DNA from: an uncultured Planctomycetia bacterium
GTDB lineage: Bacteria; Planctomycetota; UBA8108
DNA length: 64,000 nt
Assembly (NCBI GenBank): GCA_964615885.1
Contig: CAZTRG010000317.1
Location: forward strand, 233 to 64,232
Direction: 5' to 3'
Notes under the pieces: generated by a model
Databases searched by the model: none
Told to the model about the DNA's origin: nothing
The model's input: only the letters and a program-made list of their open reading frames with translations
Program-made: the position numbers and the translations under genes
Shown here: piece after piece, positions 9,590 through 18,730 of the stretch
Layout: the number at the start of each line of letters is the position of its first letter
Numbering within the stretch: position 1 is the first letter of the stretch

Positions 9590-10753
9590 ATGAACCGACC
9601 ACGTTTTTTTACACACCCTGCGCTGGCCCTGGCGGCCGGCTTACTCCTTACCTGGGGAGCCGCATCCTGCCGGAAAAAGACGCCGCCTGTGGCAGCTCCA
9701 GCGGCGGTGCCGGCTTCGCCGCCGGCCTCACAGGCTGAGGCCGGCGAGCTCGATGCGCTGCGAAAAAAAGAGCAGGAATTGGAGGCCCTCCTTGCCGGGC
9801 TGAAAACCGCTGCGGGGAAAACGACGATCCAGCAAAAGCTGATGGCGCAGCTCGACAGTCTTGATGGGCGGAACCTGTATTCGACGGTGGAGGAGCTGCT
9901 GTTGAGGGGGGAGGAAGGCTTCCGTGGGCTGCTGGGTTTTTTCCGTGCCTGCGATGATGAGCGCGAGAAGATCCTTACGCTTACGCATGACCCACACACG
10001 GTGTTCCCTCTGCTGCGCCTGGTGGCCCGTTATCCGGACCAGACAGCGGAGTTCTCTCAGTATATGATTCGCAATACGCGGGACAAGCCGGGTTCGTTTA
10101 TCCGCCGGGAGATCTATAATTTCCTCCCGGTCTTTCTGAACTATCATCGGGGTCGCTATCCTGAGCTGCGCCAGCTGCTCAAGGAAGACATCGTGTACCA
10201 GCTGACAAAGGGAGGGCAATACCTCTACAAGATGTCCCTGGCGATGCGGGATCTGCAATTCAAGCCGCCCATCGGTGCGATGCTGCCGATTCTGTATAAT
10301 CTCAAGGAGCCGGCGCCGCATGGTCTTGTTATGTCGCATCTTGCCGGGCGCGGAGAGGAAGGGATCGAGGCGCTGGTCAAGTTTGTCGAAGAATCCGGCA
10401 ACAGCTCTCACCCGAGCGTCAGCCAGGTGATGGTCTATATATTCAAACTGGCGGAGTCGGGCCGCAAAGATCTGGCACAGCAATTTCTCGAACATAAAGA
10501 TCCGGCGATTCAGCGCACGGCGACCTTCCATTATTTTCGTTATTCACGGGAGCCGTCCGATTTTCAAAGGGCGCTGGGGCTTCTGAACTCCGATGTCACC
10601 GTTGCCCAGAGAATCCTTCTGCTTGGGTTCCTCAAGCGCAAGAGCCCGGCAATTTACACGAAGCTTCTTGAAGACCCCTCCCTGGTGACGGCCCCGAAGG
10701 CTCGGGCGAAGCTGGAGAAGGAAAAAGCAAAGGAGGCCGCAAATGAGAAATAG
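9590..10753 (+). CDS. Uncharacterised helical lipoprotein (paralog of next gene)
   Basis: Lipobox-like LLLTWGAASC, coiled coil, motif IYNFLPVFLNYHRGRYPEL shared with 10743-11957. Confidence 0.75.
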   Translation: MNRPRFFTHPALALAAGLLLTWGAASCRKKTPPVAAPAAVPASPPASQAEAGELDALRKKEQELEALLAGLKTAAGKTTIQQKLMAQLDSLDGRNLYSTVEELLLRGEEGFRGLLGFFRACDDEREKILTLTHDPHTVFPLLRLVARYPDQTAEFSQYMIRNTRDKPGSFIRREIYNFLPVFLNYHRGRYPELRQLLKEDIVYQLTKGGQYLYKMSLAMRDLQFKPPIGAMLPILYNLKEPAPHGLVMSHLAGRGEEGIEALVKFVEESGNSSHPSVSQVMVYIFKLAESGRKDLAQQFLEHKDPAIQRTATFHYFRYSREPSDFQRALGLLNSDVTVAQRILLLGFLKRKSPAIYTKLLEDPSLVTAPKARAKLEKEKAKEAANEK

Positions 10754-11957
10754 AAGTGCGGCGGTTCTCCTCGCGGTTCTGCTGGTGGCGTCGGCGAGTT
10801 TCTTGTCCGCAGAGGCCCCCGGCAAGACAGCCGGCAAGGCGGCCGGTGGGCAACCCGGGACGGCCGCGGAGCTGGCGAAGCTCAAGACGCGAATTGCCGC
10901 CCTTGAGCAGGCGATTGCACGCCAGCGGGAAGAGATGGAGGCTGCACAGAACGATGTAAAGGAGCCATCCCCAGGCTCCGGTGCGGAGAAGCCAGCGGTG
11001 TTCAATACGGCACCATGGGCGAAGGATGAGAAGGGGCCGGCCGCCGCCGTTGCCGAGGAGGTCGACAAGCTGCTCAGCTTTGTAGCCAGGATCGATGGGG
11101 CCGGCCTGGTGGTGGAGATGGAAAAGCTGATGGCGGAGGGGGACAAGGGGCACGCGGCCCTGCAGGGTTTTCTCCACGCGCTGGACAAAGATGCCCAGCT
11201 CGGAAGCCGGCTTACAGGAAAATATGATATAGCTTTCGCCCTGATGCACCTGGCCATGCTCCAGGAAGAAGGCCTGGCGCGGATGGCCCACGCCTATTTT
11301 GCCTCCACCAGGACGGCCAATCGGACCCTGGTTCGCAGCCACCTGTACAATTTTCTCCCGGTATTTCTTGAGTTCCACCGGGGTCGCTTCCCCGATCTCG
11401 AGCGGGACATGAAGGCGGAGATTTTTCAGCTGGTTCGCGCTGGAGACAAGAGGGTGAGGACCCTTCTTACCGCAGCCACCTGGCTGGATTACCACCCCGC
11501 AATCGAGGTTGTCGAAGAGAGGCTCGAGGCGGCGAGGGATTTCCAGGCCCACTCAGCGCTGATTCTTCACCTCGAGTCCCGTAATGACAAAGACGCTGTG
11601 CGGGTCCTGCGACGATTTGTCATCAAGAACATGCATATTCGCGGCGGCGCGGTCGGCCAGGCCCTCGTTTCGCTTGCGCGCATGTCGGAGCCTGCTGCAG
11701 AGGCGGTCTTCAAGGAGTTGACCTGGACCAAGGATGCGGTCGCTTACTCAAAGGCTGTCAGGGCTCAATTCTCCGTGCCCCGCAACGAAGGGTATACGCC
11801 GGAGGCGCGGCGGTATTTGAATTCCCAGGTCAAGTTCGGCGACAAGAAGAGCTTCATTATCCAGCTGCGCACGGCGAACCCGGCCATCCTTGCGGAATTG
11901 CGCAAAACAATTGACCAACTTCATTCAGAGGAAGTACGCCAGTACCTGCTGAAATAG
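10743..11957 (+). CDS. Uncharacterised exported helical (HEAT-like) protein (paralog of previous gene)
   Basis: Sec signal peptide, coiled coil, motif LYNFLPVFLEFHRGRFPDL. Overlaps the previous stop and has a GGAGG SD. Confidence 0.78.
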   Translation: MRNRSAAVLLAVLLVASASFLSAEAPGKTAGKAAGGQPGTAAELAKLKTRIAALEQAIARQREEMEAAQNDVKEPSPGSGAEKPAVFNTAPWAKDEKGPAAAVAEEVDKLLSFVARIDGAGLVVEMEKLMAEGDKGHAALQGFLHALDKDAQLGSRLTGKYDIAFALMHLAMLQEEGLARMAHAYFASTRTANRTLVRSHLYNFLPVFLEFHRGRFPDLERDMKAEIFQLVRAGDKRVRTLLTAATWLDYHPAIEVVEERLEAARDFQAHSALILHLESRNDKDAVRVLRRFVIKNMHIRGGAVGQALVSLARMSEPAAEAVFKELTWTKDAVAYSKAVRAQFSVPRNEGYTPEARRYLNSQVKFGDKKSFIIQLRTANPAILAELRKTIDQLHSEEVRQYLLK

Positions 11958-12063
11958 GCAGAGAAGGGCGACCCTGGCACCGGGGCCTCAATGGCGGGAT
12001 GTCCGTGCTATTCGTGGTATCCTCGACAGTGGGTCTTTTTATTTCAATTTCGGAGGTTTCCAG

Positions 12064-14412
12064 GTGGAACGCTTTGCGCATCTGGTTTTTTTGCTTTCAG
12101 GCTTGATCCTGCCGCTTCACGGCTTGTGCGGGCAGGAGGATGCCTTGCGGCAACCGGTGGTGCGCCTGGCGACCTACAATGTTCACGGTGGCCTCGAGGC
12201 AAGCGCTGCGGCCGTTGCCCGGTTCCTCGCCGGCCAGAACCTCGACCTGCTCTCCCTGCAGGAGGTTCCGAGCCAGGAATATCTCGAAACGCTGGCATCG
12301 GTCACCGGCCTGATCCATTTCACCCCGATGGACCGCTTCAAGGCCATCCTGTCGCGGGAGCCCCTGGTGGACACACAACAGATCCCGCTGGTCACGGGGC
12401 GCGGCGTGATCCGCACAACGGTGAACCTGCGGGGCATACCACTCTCGGTGTACGCGGTTCATAATTCATGGGACCAGCCGGGTGACCGCGAAAACCGCCA
12501 GCTGGCCAACGAGATCCTTCCCCTTGACCCCAACCCCCGCAAAATTCTGCTGGGCGATTTCAATGATGAGCACTACTCAACCCAGAACATCGTTCTTGAG
12601 CGGGTGTTGAATGACGCCTGGACGGATCTCGGTGTCCGGCCGGGTGAGCGCACGACCTGGCCGGCAACGGGTTTTGCCGGCACCGAGGGTCACCAGCTGA
12701 TCGACCTTCTGCTCTATGACCCGGCGGGAGGAATGTTCCCGGTTTCAGCCAGCATTCCAAAGCTGGCCCCGGTGCTGTCCGATCATCGCCCGGTGATTTT
12801 CAATATGCGCCTTTCAGAGCCGCTCTTTGTCGAGCCGCCCCGCGATTTTACAGTCGATGCCGTTTTCGGCCCGGAGCTCCTTGAGCTTTGTTTTGACAGG
12901 GAGGTTGATGTCCCCGGCGCTTCTGACCCTGCGCGGTACACGATCGCCCGGGGCGGCCAGGGGGGTGGAGCCCTTGAGGTTCTGAGGGTGCGGGTTGACC
13001 GCCATCGGCGCCGGGCCCGCCTGGTAACCGGGCCCCAGGAGCCGGGCGCACGCTATGTGGTGACGGTGGAGGGGATTGCTGCGCGGCAAGGAGAGGCCGG
13101 GATGCCTCCGACCTCCAGGGAGTACGCCTTTGCGGAGAACCTCGTGCTCAATCCGGGCGCGGAGGATGGCCTCGAGGGCTGGGAGGTTACCGGCGGCATG
13201 GAGGCCGTAACCGGCCTGGGCCAGCTGCAGCCCTATACCGGCAATGCCTTCTTTGCCGGTGGCGCGCGGGATGCTGAATCCAGGGCGATCCAGTCGGTCT
13301 CTCTTGAGCCCTTCGCGGCCCTCATCGATGAAGGCCGGGTTGAGGCGCACCTGGGTGCCTATCTCGCCGCCGCCTACCTGGCCTTCCCCAGCGGCGAGAG
13401 CCGGGCGGAGCCTTATGATGAGTCGGAGGTTTCTTTTACTTTTCTCGGCGCAGATGGCGCTGAGCTCTGGACTTCATCCTCAGGGAAATATGACACCTTG
13501 TACTGGTGGCCGTACAGGGAGACGGTGCCCGTGCCGCGCGGGGCCCGGTCGGCCAGGGTCACGATTGCGGCGAATCGCAGAACCCTGATCGGCGGCACCC
13601 GTAATGACGGAGCCGTCGAGGAGGTGTCTCTCAGAGTCGAGGTCCTGCCCGCCGGTCATGGGAGGCTGGGAGGAAACCTGCTGTTGAACCCCGGAGCTGA
13701 GTCCGGAGGCCTGGAGCCCTGGGCTATAGAGGGAGATTTCCGCCGGGGAGTCAACCTGGTGCGGTTCTTCACCGACTACCTGGTGTCGAGGTCGGGGGAT
13801 GGAATGTTCATGGCCTATCCCTCGCGCGAGGCAGGCGATGCCTCCCTTGCGCAGACGGTTGATCTTCCTGCAGGGGTTCGCTACCTCGCCTGGGGCGGCC
13901 GCCTCAAGAGCTTCGCGAGCATCATGGGTATCGGTGTCGAGGTCGCTGCCCTGGGTAGTGACAACCAGGTTCTGCACTCGGTGGAGACGGGCCTGTTGCC
14001 CTGTGCCCAGTGGGAAGACGTCTCAGGCGTTTTCCGTGTTCCTTCCGGAGCTCTGAGGGCGCGCCTGCGCGTCTCAGCAGGCGGCCGGGGGAGGGCGGCC
14101 TTTGCCGATGATCTCTATCTGCTGGCCCTGGGCAGTACCGATGGGGCTGCCTGGTTTGAGCGGGGCGACGTTGACCGCAGCGGGACCCTGAACATCACGG
14201 ATGCGGTGGCGATCCTCCAGTTTCTCTTCGCCCTGCCCGCCCCGGACGGGTTTTGTGCTGACTCGGCCGATGTTGACGACGATGGGCGTGTCGCGGTGAC
14301 GGACGCCATCCGGCTCCTGCAACATCTCTACAGGGGGGGGCCGCCTCCGGAGGAGCCCCGCCCCGGCCATCCCGGGCCCGACCCTACGCCTGACCCACTG
14401 GAATGCGAATAG
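12064..14412 (+). CDS. Secreted endonuclease/exonuclease/phosphatase (EEP) family protein with Ig-like, two CBM/FBA-like and dockerin-like domains
   Basis: EEP motifs ATYNVH, LQEV, LLGDFN, IDLL, SDHRPV. Two NL(V/L)LNPGAExGxLExW carbohydrate-binding-type domains. FERGDVDRSGTLNITDA dockerin. Confidence 0.87.
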   Translation: MERFAHLVFLLSGLILPLHGLCGQEDALRQPVVRLATYNVHGGLEASAAAVARFLAGQNLDLLSLQEVPSQEYLETLASVTGLIHFTPMDRFKAILSREPLVDTQQIPLVTGRGVIRTTVNLRGIPLSVYAVHNSWDQPGDRENRQLANEILPLDPNPRKILLGDFNDEHYSTQNIVLERVLNDAWTDLGVRPGERTTWPATGFAGTEGHQLIDLLLYDPAGGMFPVSASIPKLAPVLSDHRPVIFNMRLSEPLFVEPPRDFTVDAVFGPELLELCFDREVDVPGASDPARYTIARGGQGGGALEVLRVRVDRHRRRARLVTGPQEPGARYVVTVEGIAARQGEAGMPPTSREYAFAENLVLNPGAEDGLEGWEVTGGMEAVTGLGQLQPYTGNAFFAGGARDAESRAIQSVSLEPFAALIDEGRVEAHLGAYLAAAYLAFPSGESRAEPYDESEVSFTFLGADGAELWTSSSGKYDTLYWWPYRETVPVPRGARSARVTIAANRRTLIGGTRNDGAVEEVSLRVEVLPAGHGRLGGNLLLNPGAESGGLEPWAIEGDFRRGVNLVRFFTDYLVSRSGDGMFMAYPSREAGDASLAQTVDLPAGVRYLAWGGRLKSFASIMGIGVEVAALGSDNQVLHSVETGLLPCAQWEDVSGVFRVPSGALRARLRVSAGGRGRAAFADDLYLLALGSTDGAAWFERGDVDRSGTLNITDAVAILQFLFALPAPDGFCADSADVDDDGRVAVTDAIRLLQHLYRGGPPPEEPRPGHPGPDPTPDPLECE
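14155..14412 (+). repeat. Dockerin-like module copy 3
   Basis: FERGDVDRSGTLNITDAVAILQFLF..CADSADVDDDGRVAVTDAIRLLQHLYRGGPPPEEP..GPDPTPDPLEC. Confidence 0.85.
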
Positions 14413-15721
14413 CCTCGTCTTCGACATCCGGGCCCTCGCCCTCGTCGTCGCGCCAGATCTTTGCGCCAAGGCTTGCCAGCTTCTCCTCCAGCCGTTCATA
14501 GCCGCGGTCGATGTGATAGACCCGGTGAATGACGGTTCGGCCCTTTGCGGCAAGGCCGGCCAGCACCAGGCTGGCCCCGGCTCTCAGGTCCGAGGCCATC
14601 ACATCTGCGCCACTGAGGCCGTTGGTTCCCGTCAGGGTTACGTGGTTGTCGCTCTGGCGGATGTTGGCGCCCAGCCGGTTCAGCTCAGGCACGTGCATGA
14701 AGCGGTCCTTGTAGACATTCTCAATGATCTGGCTGGTCCCGTCAGCCTGGGTCAGCAGGACGGTCAGCGGAGCCTGGAGATCGGTGGGGAAGCCGGGATA
14801 AGGAAGGGTCGCAACATTGACCGGCCGGATCGATCCGTTGGTCGAGACCTCGACCCTGTTTTTCCCGATGTTCAGCAGCACTCCCGCCTGGTCGAGTGAG
14901 TCGGTCAGGGATTCGAGCTGCGCGGGCTGCACGCCCTCCACGGAGATGTTCCCCCGCGTAACGGCACCTGCGATGAGATAAGTCCCGGCCTCGATGCGGT
15001 CAGCCATGACCTCGTAGTCGACGCCGCGGAGACTCTGCACTCCCTCGATGGTGAGGGTTGAGCTTTCGATGCCTTCTATGCAGGCGCCCATCTTGTTCAG
15101 GAAGAGGGCGAGGTCGGTAACCTCCGGCTCGAAGGCAGCGTTCTTGATTACGGTTGTGCCTTCGGCGAGGGTTGCCGCCATCAGTATGTTGGCCGTCCCG
15201 GTAACGGTCGAACCGTTGGGTCCGGAAAGGTCGATGGTGTTTCCCTTCAGGCGCGGGGCGTCCGCTTCGATGTAGCCGTTTCGCAGCTTGATCCGGGCGC
15301 CCAGGGCCTCCAGTCCCATGAGGTGCAGGTCGATCGGCCGCCCGGCCTCGTCGCCGCCGGCCCCGAAGACACAGCCGCCCGGCAGCGAGACCTTGGCCTT
15401 GCCGCGGCGGGCCAGCAGCGGCCCAAGGGTGCAGATCGATGCCCGCATCGTGCTGACCAGCTCATAGCCGGCGGTGTGAGAGTCGGGATTGTCGGTTTCG
15501 ATGCGCAGGCAGCCTGTTTCCTCCCGCTCGCAGCTCATGCCAAGCTCGCGAAGGATGGACATGGTGGTGTCCACGTCCGAGAGGTCAGGGACATTGCGAA
15601 TCGTACACGGATCCTCTGTCAGGATCGTGGCAAACAGGATAGGCAGGGCGGAGTTCTTCGAACCCTGTACCCGGATAGATCCGGAAAGGGGAACGCCGCC
15701 TTCGACGATGATTTTGTCCAA
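14384..15721 (-). CDS. murA: UDP-N-acetylglucosamine 1-carboxyvinyltransferase
   Basis: GSKNSALP, MRASI, LPGGC..RPIDLH, DRIEAGT, PYPGFPTDLQ, SDLRAGA, HIDRGYE. Probable TTG start at 15721. Confidence 0.96.
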   Translation of the reverse strand: MDKIIVEGGVPLSGSIRVQGSKNSALPILFATILTEDPCTIRNVPDLSDVDTTMSILRELGMSCEREETGCLRIETDNPDSHTAGYELVSTMRASICTLGPLLARRGKAKVSLPGGCVFGAGGDEAGRPIDLHLMGLEALGARIKLRNGYIEADAPRLKGNTIDLSGPNGSTVTGTANILMAATLAEGTTVIKNAAFEPEVTDLALFLNKMGACIEGIESSTLTIEGVQSLRGVDYEVMADRIEAGTYLIAGAVTRGNISVEGVQPAQLESLTDSLDQAGVLLNIGKNRVEVSTNGSIRPVNVATLPYPGFPTDLQAPLTVLLTQADGTSQIIENVYKDRFMHVPELNRLGANIRQSDNHVTLTGTNGLSGADVMASDLRAGASLVLAGLAAKGRTVIHRVYHIDRGYERLEEKLASLGAKIWRDDEGEGPDVEDEAIRIPVGQA

Positions 15722-15815
15722 GAGGTCTTCACTTCTCAGGGGCGGCAACCAGGCAAGCCGCCAGGGACATACTCAACGTTCAGGTAGGGAGATTGTAACG
15801 ATGAACAGTCGTGCG

Positions 15816-16745
15816 TCAAGTTTGCCCGGGCGAGTTCGCTTCCTTTTCTCGATGGGCAAGCACGACCCGCGGAATTTTGGCGTAATCACGTGTTATTGAG
15901 ACTTCCCGCAAACCCTGGGTCTCAAATAATTGACCGACCTTTGCCGCCTGGGAGTCTCCTGTTTCAACGATCACGGCCCCTCCCGGGGCCAGCCAGTCCT
16001 CCAGGCCGAGGCAAATTGTGCGGAAAAAGCCCAGCCCATCCCCATCCGGACTGAGTGAATCGAGCAGGGCAAGCCGGGGTTCAAAGAGACGAACATCGTC
16101 CATCAGCCCTTCCTCTTCGGCCGCGGCGATGTAGGGAGGGTTGGAGACAACCAGGTCAAAGGGCGCAGTGCCGGGGGGCAATGCGCCGAAGAGGTCGCCT
16201 TCGAGGAAGCAGATGCCTTCGGCCACCTTGTTTTTTTCTGCGTTCCTGCGGGCGACCTCCAGGGCCTCCGGGCTGATATCGACAGCGGTGATCTCGGCGC
16301 CGGGTGCATTGACCGCCAGTGCAACAGAGATGTTGCCGCTGCCGGTTCCGAGGTCCAGGATGCGGGGTTGTTCCCGGGGCAGCTCCCGGACCAGGGCGAG
16401 GGCTCCATCGACGAGATGCTCGGTTTCCGGTCTCGGGGTCAACACCGCGGGGGTTACCTCAAAGGGCAGGGAATAGAACTCTTTTTCCCCGGTCAGGTAT
16501 GCGACAGGCTCTTTCTTTCCCCGGCGCTTGACCAGGCCCCTGAAAACGGCGCGGGCGTCTTCGCTAACCAGCTCCTCGAACTTTTCGGTCAGCAGCCCCA
16601 GGCGATTGACCCCGAGGGCGTTGGCCAGCAGGAGCTCCGCGTCAAGGCGGGCGCTCGGGATCTGCTGCCTGCGAAAATAACCCTCTGTCCATTCAAGGAG
16701 CTCGCGAGCAGTCCAGTCTTTGCTAGGGCGGTGTTCCTGGTTCAA
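15816..16745 (-). CDS. prmC: Release factor glutamine methyltransferase
   Basis: EPVAYL, PRPETE, LDLGTGSG, SNPPY; immediately downstream of prfA. Confidence 0.96.
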   Translation of the reverse strand: MNQEHRPSKDWTARELLEWTEGYFRRQQIPSARLDAELLLANALGVNRLGLLTEKFEELVSEDARAVFRGLVKRRGKKEPVAYLTGEKEFYSLPFEVTPAVLTPRPETEHLVDGALALVRELPREQPRILDLGTGSGNISVALAVNAPGAEITAVDISPEALEVARRNAEKNKVAEGICFLEGDLFGALPPGTAPFDLVVSNPPYIAAAEEEGLMDDVRLFEPRLALLDSLSPDGDGLGFFRTICLGLEDWLAPGGAVIVETGDSQAAKVGQLFETQGLREVSITRDYAKIPRVVLAHREKEANSPGQT

Positions 16746-17824
16746 AGTTCCTGTAGCCGCAGCTCCCGGTCCTGGTTTCTGAGCATCTCGAGCATTTTTT
16801 CGAGGGCCCCTTCCTTGACGACCTTCTCGAGGTTGAAGTTCTCCTTGATACGATGGTCGGTCACCCTGTTCTGGGGGAAGTTGTAGGTTCGTATTCTCTG
16901 GCTCCGGTCTCCGGAGCCGATCTGGCCGCGCCTCAGAGACTGCTCTTTTTCCTGGCGCTGGCTCTCGACGTGGTCATAGATCCTCGACCGCAGCACCCGC
17001 ATCGCCTTCGCGCGGTTCTTGTGTTGCGAGGTTTCATCCTGGATGGAGACGACCAGGCCGGTGGGCATGTGGGTGAGGCGAACAGCCGAGCTGGTCCGGT
17101 TGACCTTCTGTCCACCCGGGCCGGAGGCCCGGAAGAAGTCGACTCGCAGGTCGGCCTCCTTGATCTCGATCTCTACCTCCTCGGGCTCGCCCATGACTGC
17201 GACCGTTGCGGCCGAGGTGTGGATTCTCCCCGAGGTTTCCGTTTGTGGGACGCGCTGCACCCGGTGGCCGCCCATCTCGTAGCGCAGGTGGCGATGAACC
17301 TCCTCGCCGGCCACGGAAAAAATGATCTCCTTGAAGCCGCCGAGATCTGTAGCGCGCCCGTCGATCACCTCGACCTTCCAGCCCTGGCGCTCTGCAAGCC
17401 GGCCGTACATGCGGAAAAGATCTCCGGCGAACAGGGCGGCCTCGTCGCCCCCTGTTCCGGCACGAATCTCCATAATCACGTTCCGCCCGGCATTCTTGTC
17501 CTGTACAAGGATGCGGTCGAGAAGCTCCTGCTCCACCTGGTCAAGCTCGGGCTGCAGCGTTTCGTTTTCCTCAAGGGCGAGCTCCTGGAGCTCGGAATCT
17601 TCCCCGGGGTTCTCGCAGAGCTCGAGGTTTTCTGCGATGGTCCGTGACAGCTCCCGGTAGCGCTTGTATTGCTCTGCCACCTTGGTCAGAGAGCCGCATT
17701 CGCGCGACAGCAGGCGAAGGCGCGGCGGCGAAGACAAGACCTCCGGGTCGGCCAGCAGCTGCTGAACCTCATCGAGGCGCTCTTCGGTTTCCTTCAGCTT
17801 CTCTTCAACGGCAGGGGGGAGCAT
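16742..17824 (-). CDS. prfA: Peptide chain release factor 1
   Basis: EIRAGTGGDEAALF, HRVQRVPQTE (PxT anticodon motif), GPGGQ, RTYNFPQNRVTDHRI. Confidence 0.97.
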   Translation of the reverse strand: MLPPAVEEKLKETEERLDEVQQLLADPEVLSSPPRLRLLSRECGSLTKVAEQYKRYRELSRTIAENLELCENPGEDSELQELALEENETLQPELDQVEQELLDRILVQDKNAGRNVIMEIRAGTGGDEAALFAGDLFRMYGRLAERQGWKVEVIDGRATDLGGFKEIIFSVAGEEVHRHLRYEMGGHRVQRVPQTETSGRIHTSAATVAVMGEPEEVEIEIKEADLRVDFFRASGPGGQKVNRTSSAVRLTHMPTGLVVSIQDETSQHKNRAKAMRVLRSRIYDHVESQRQEKEQSLRRGQIGSGDRSQRIRTYNFPQNRVTDHRIKENFNLEKVVKEGALEKMLEMLRNQDRELRLQEL

Positions 17825-17928
17825 CGCTTATCGATCTCCTGGGGGGACAACAGGGTTCCTTCCATTATTGCGGCGCAGGCCAATTAAGCAAGTGGCCGTG
17901 CAGGGCGCCGGTTTCCAGGAGGGAAGGG

Positions 17929-18555
17929 CTAGCTGTCTTCGGCGGCCGGCTTTTCAGCGGCTGGCTCTTCAGCTGCAGCTTCTTTGGCGGCCGGCTCTTC
18001 AGCAGCAGGCTTTTCGGCTGCCTCGGGGGCGGCTTCAGCGGCCGGTGCTTCTGCGGCAGGCTCAGCGGGTGCTTCGGGAGCAGCTTCCTCGGCTGGTTTT
18101 TCGGCGGGCTTCTCAGCCTTTTCAGCGGCGGGAGCCTGCTCGCCTTTGGCGGCGGGCTTGCCACCCTTGCCCCGGGGGCCTCCGCCCTCTTCCTCTTCTT
18201 CCCCGGCCTTTCTCTTGAAGGTGGGAATGTCGAGGCTGCCGACTTTTTCTTTTCCGGCCTTTTTCTTGCGCTTCTTGGCGGCTTCCTCGATCTGGTCTTT
18301 GGAGGAGTCTTCCCAGTTATACTTCTTGCCGAATTTCTCCAGGCGGCCGGCGGCATCGACGAATTTCTGCTTGCCGGTATAGAAGGGATGGGAGGCACTG
18401 CTGATTTCGACGTTGACCAGCGGGTACTCCTTGCCGTCTTCCCACTCGATGGTGTCCTTGGTGACGGCGCAGGAACGGGTGAGGAACCGGAAGTCTCCGG
18501 ATTTGTCCTGGAAAACGACAGGCCTGTAATTGTCAGGATGGATTTCTTTTTTCAT
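17929..18555 (-). CDS. rpmE2: 50S ribosomal protein L31 type B with long low-complexity C-terminal tail
   Basis: [49 protein letters not shown], no CxxC pairs, then ~120 aa of K/E/A/P-rich sequence. Confidence 0.93.
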   Translation of the reverse strand: MKKEIHPDNYRPVVFQDKSGDFRFLTRSCAVTKDTIEWEDGKEYPLVNVEISSASHPFYTGKQKFVDAAGRLEKFGKKYNWEDSSKDQIEEAAKKRKKKAGKEKVGSLDIPTFKRKAGEEEEEGGGPRGKGGKPAAKGEQAPAAEKAEKPAEKPAEEAAPEAPAEPAAEAPAAEAAPEAAEKPAAEEPAAKEAAAEEPAAEKPAAEDS

Positions 18556-18730
18556 GGTTGCTGCTTCGCAGTCTCTTGTTCAGGTAATACTGAAAATCGA
18601 AGGATCCGATTATAGTGCCCCCGGCGTTCTGAGCAAGAGGATGAAATCCCCAGAGGGCAGATTTTCTCTTTTCTTCCCGGGTGGTCTTTCCGGAACTTGA
18701 TGCCCGCCCTGGAGGGGGAAGGGGCGTTTT

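Noticed and set aside
17929-18170. Repetitive DNA resembling an array
   Set aside because: Encodes the low-complexity Ala/Glu/Pro/Lys tail of L31; no repeat-spacer structure and no cas genes.
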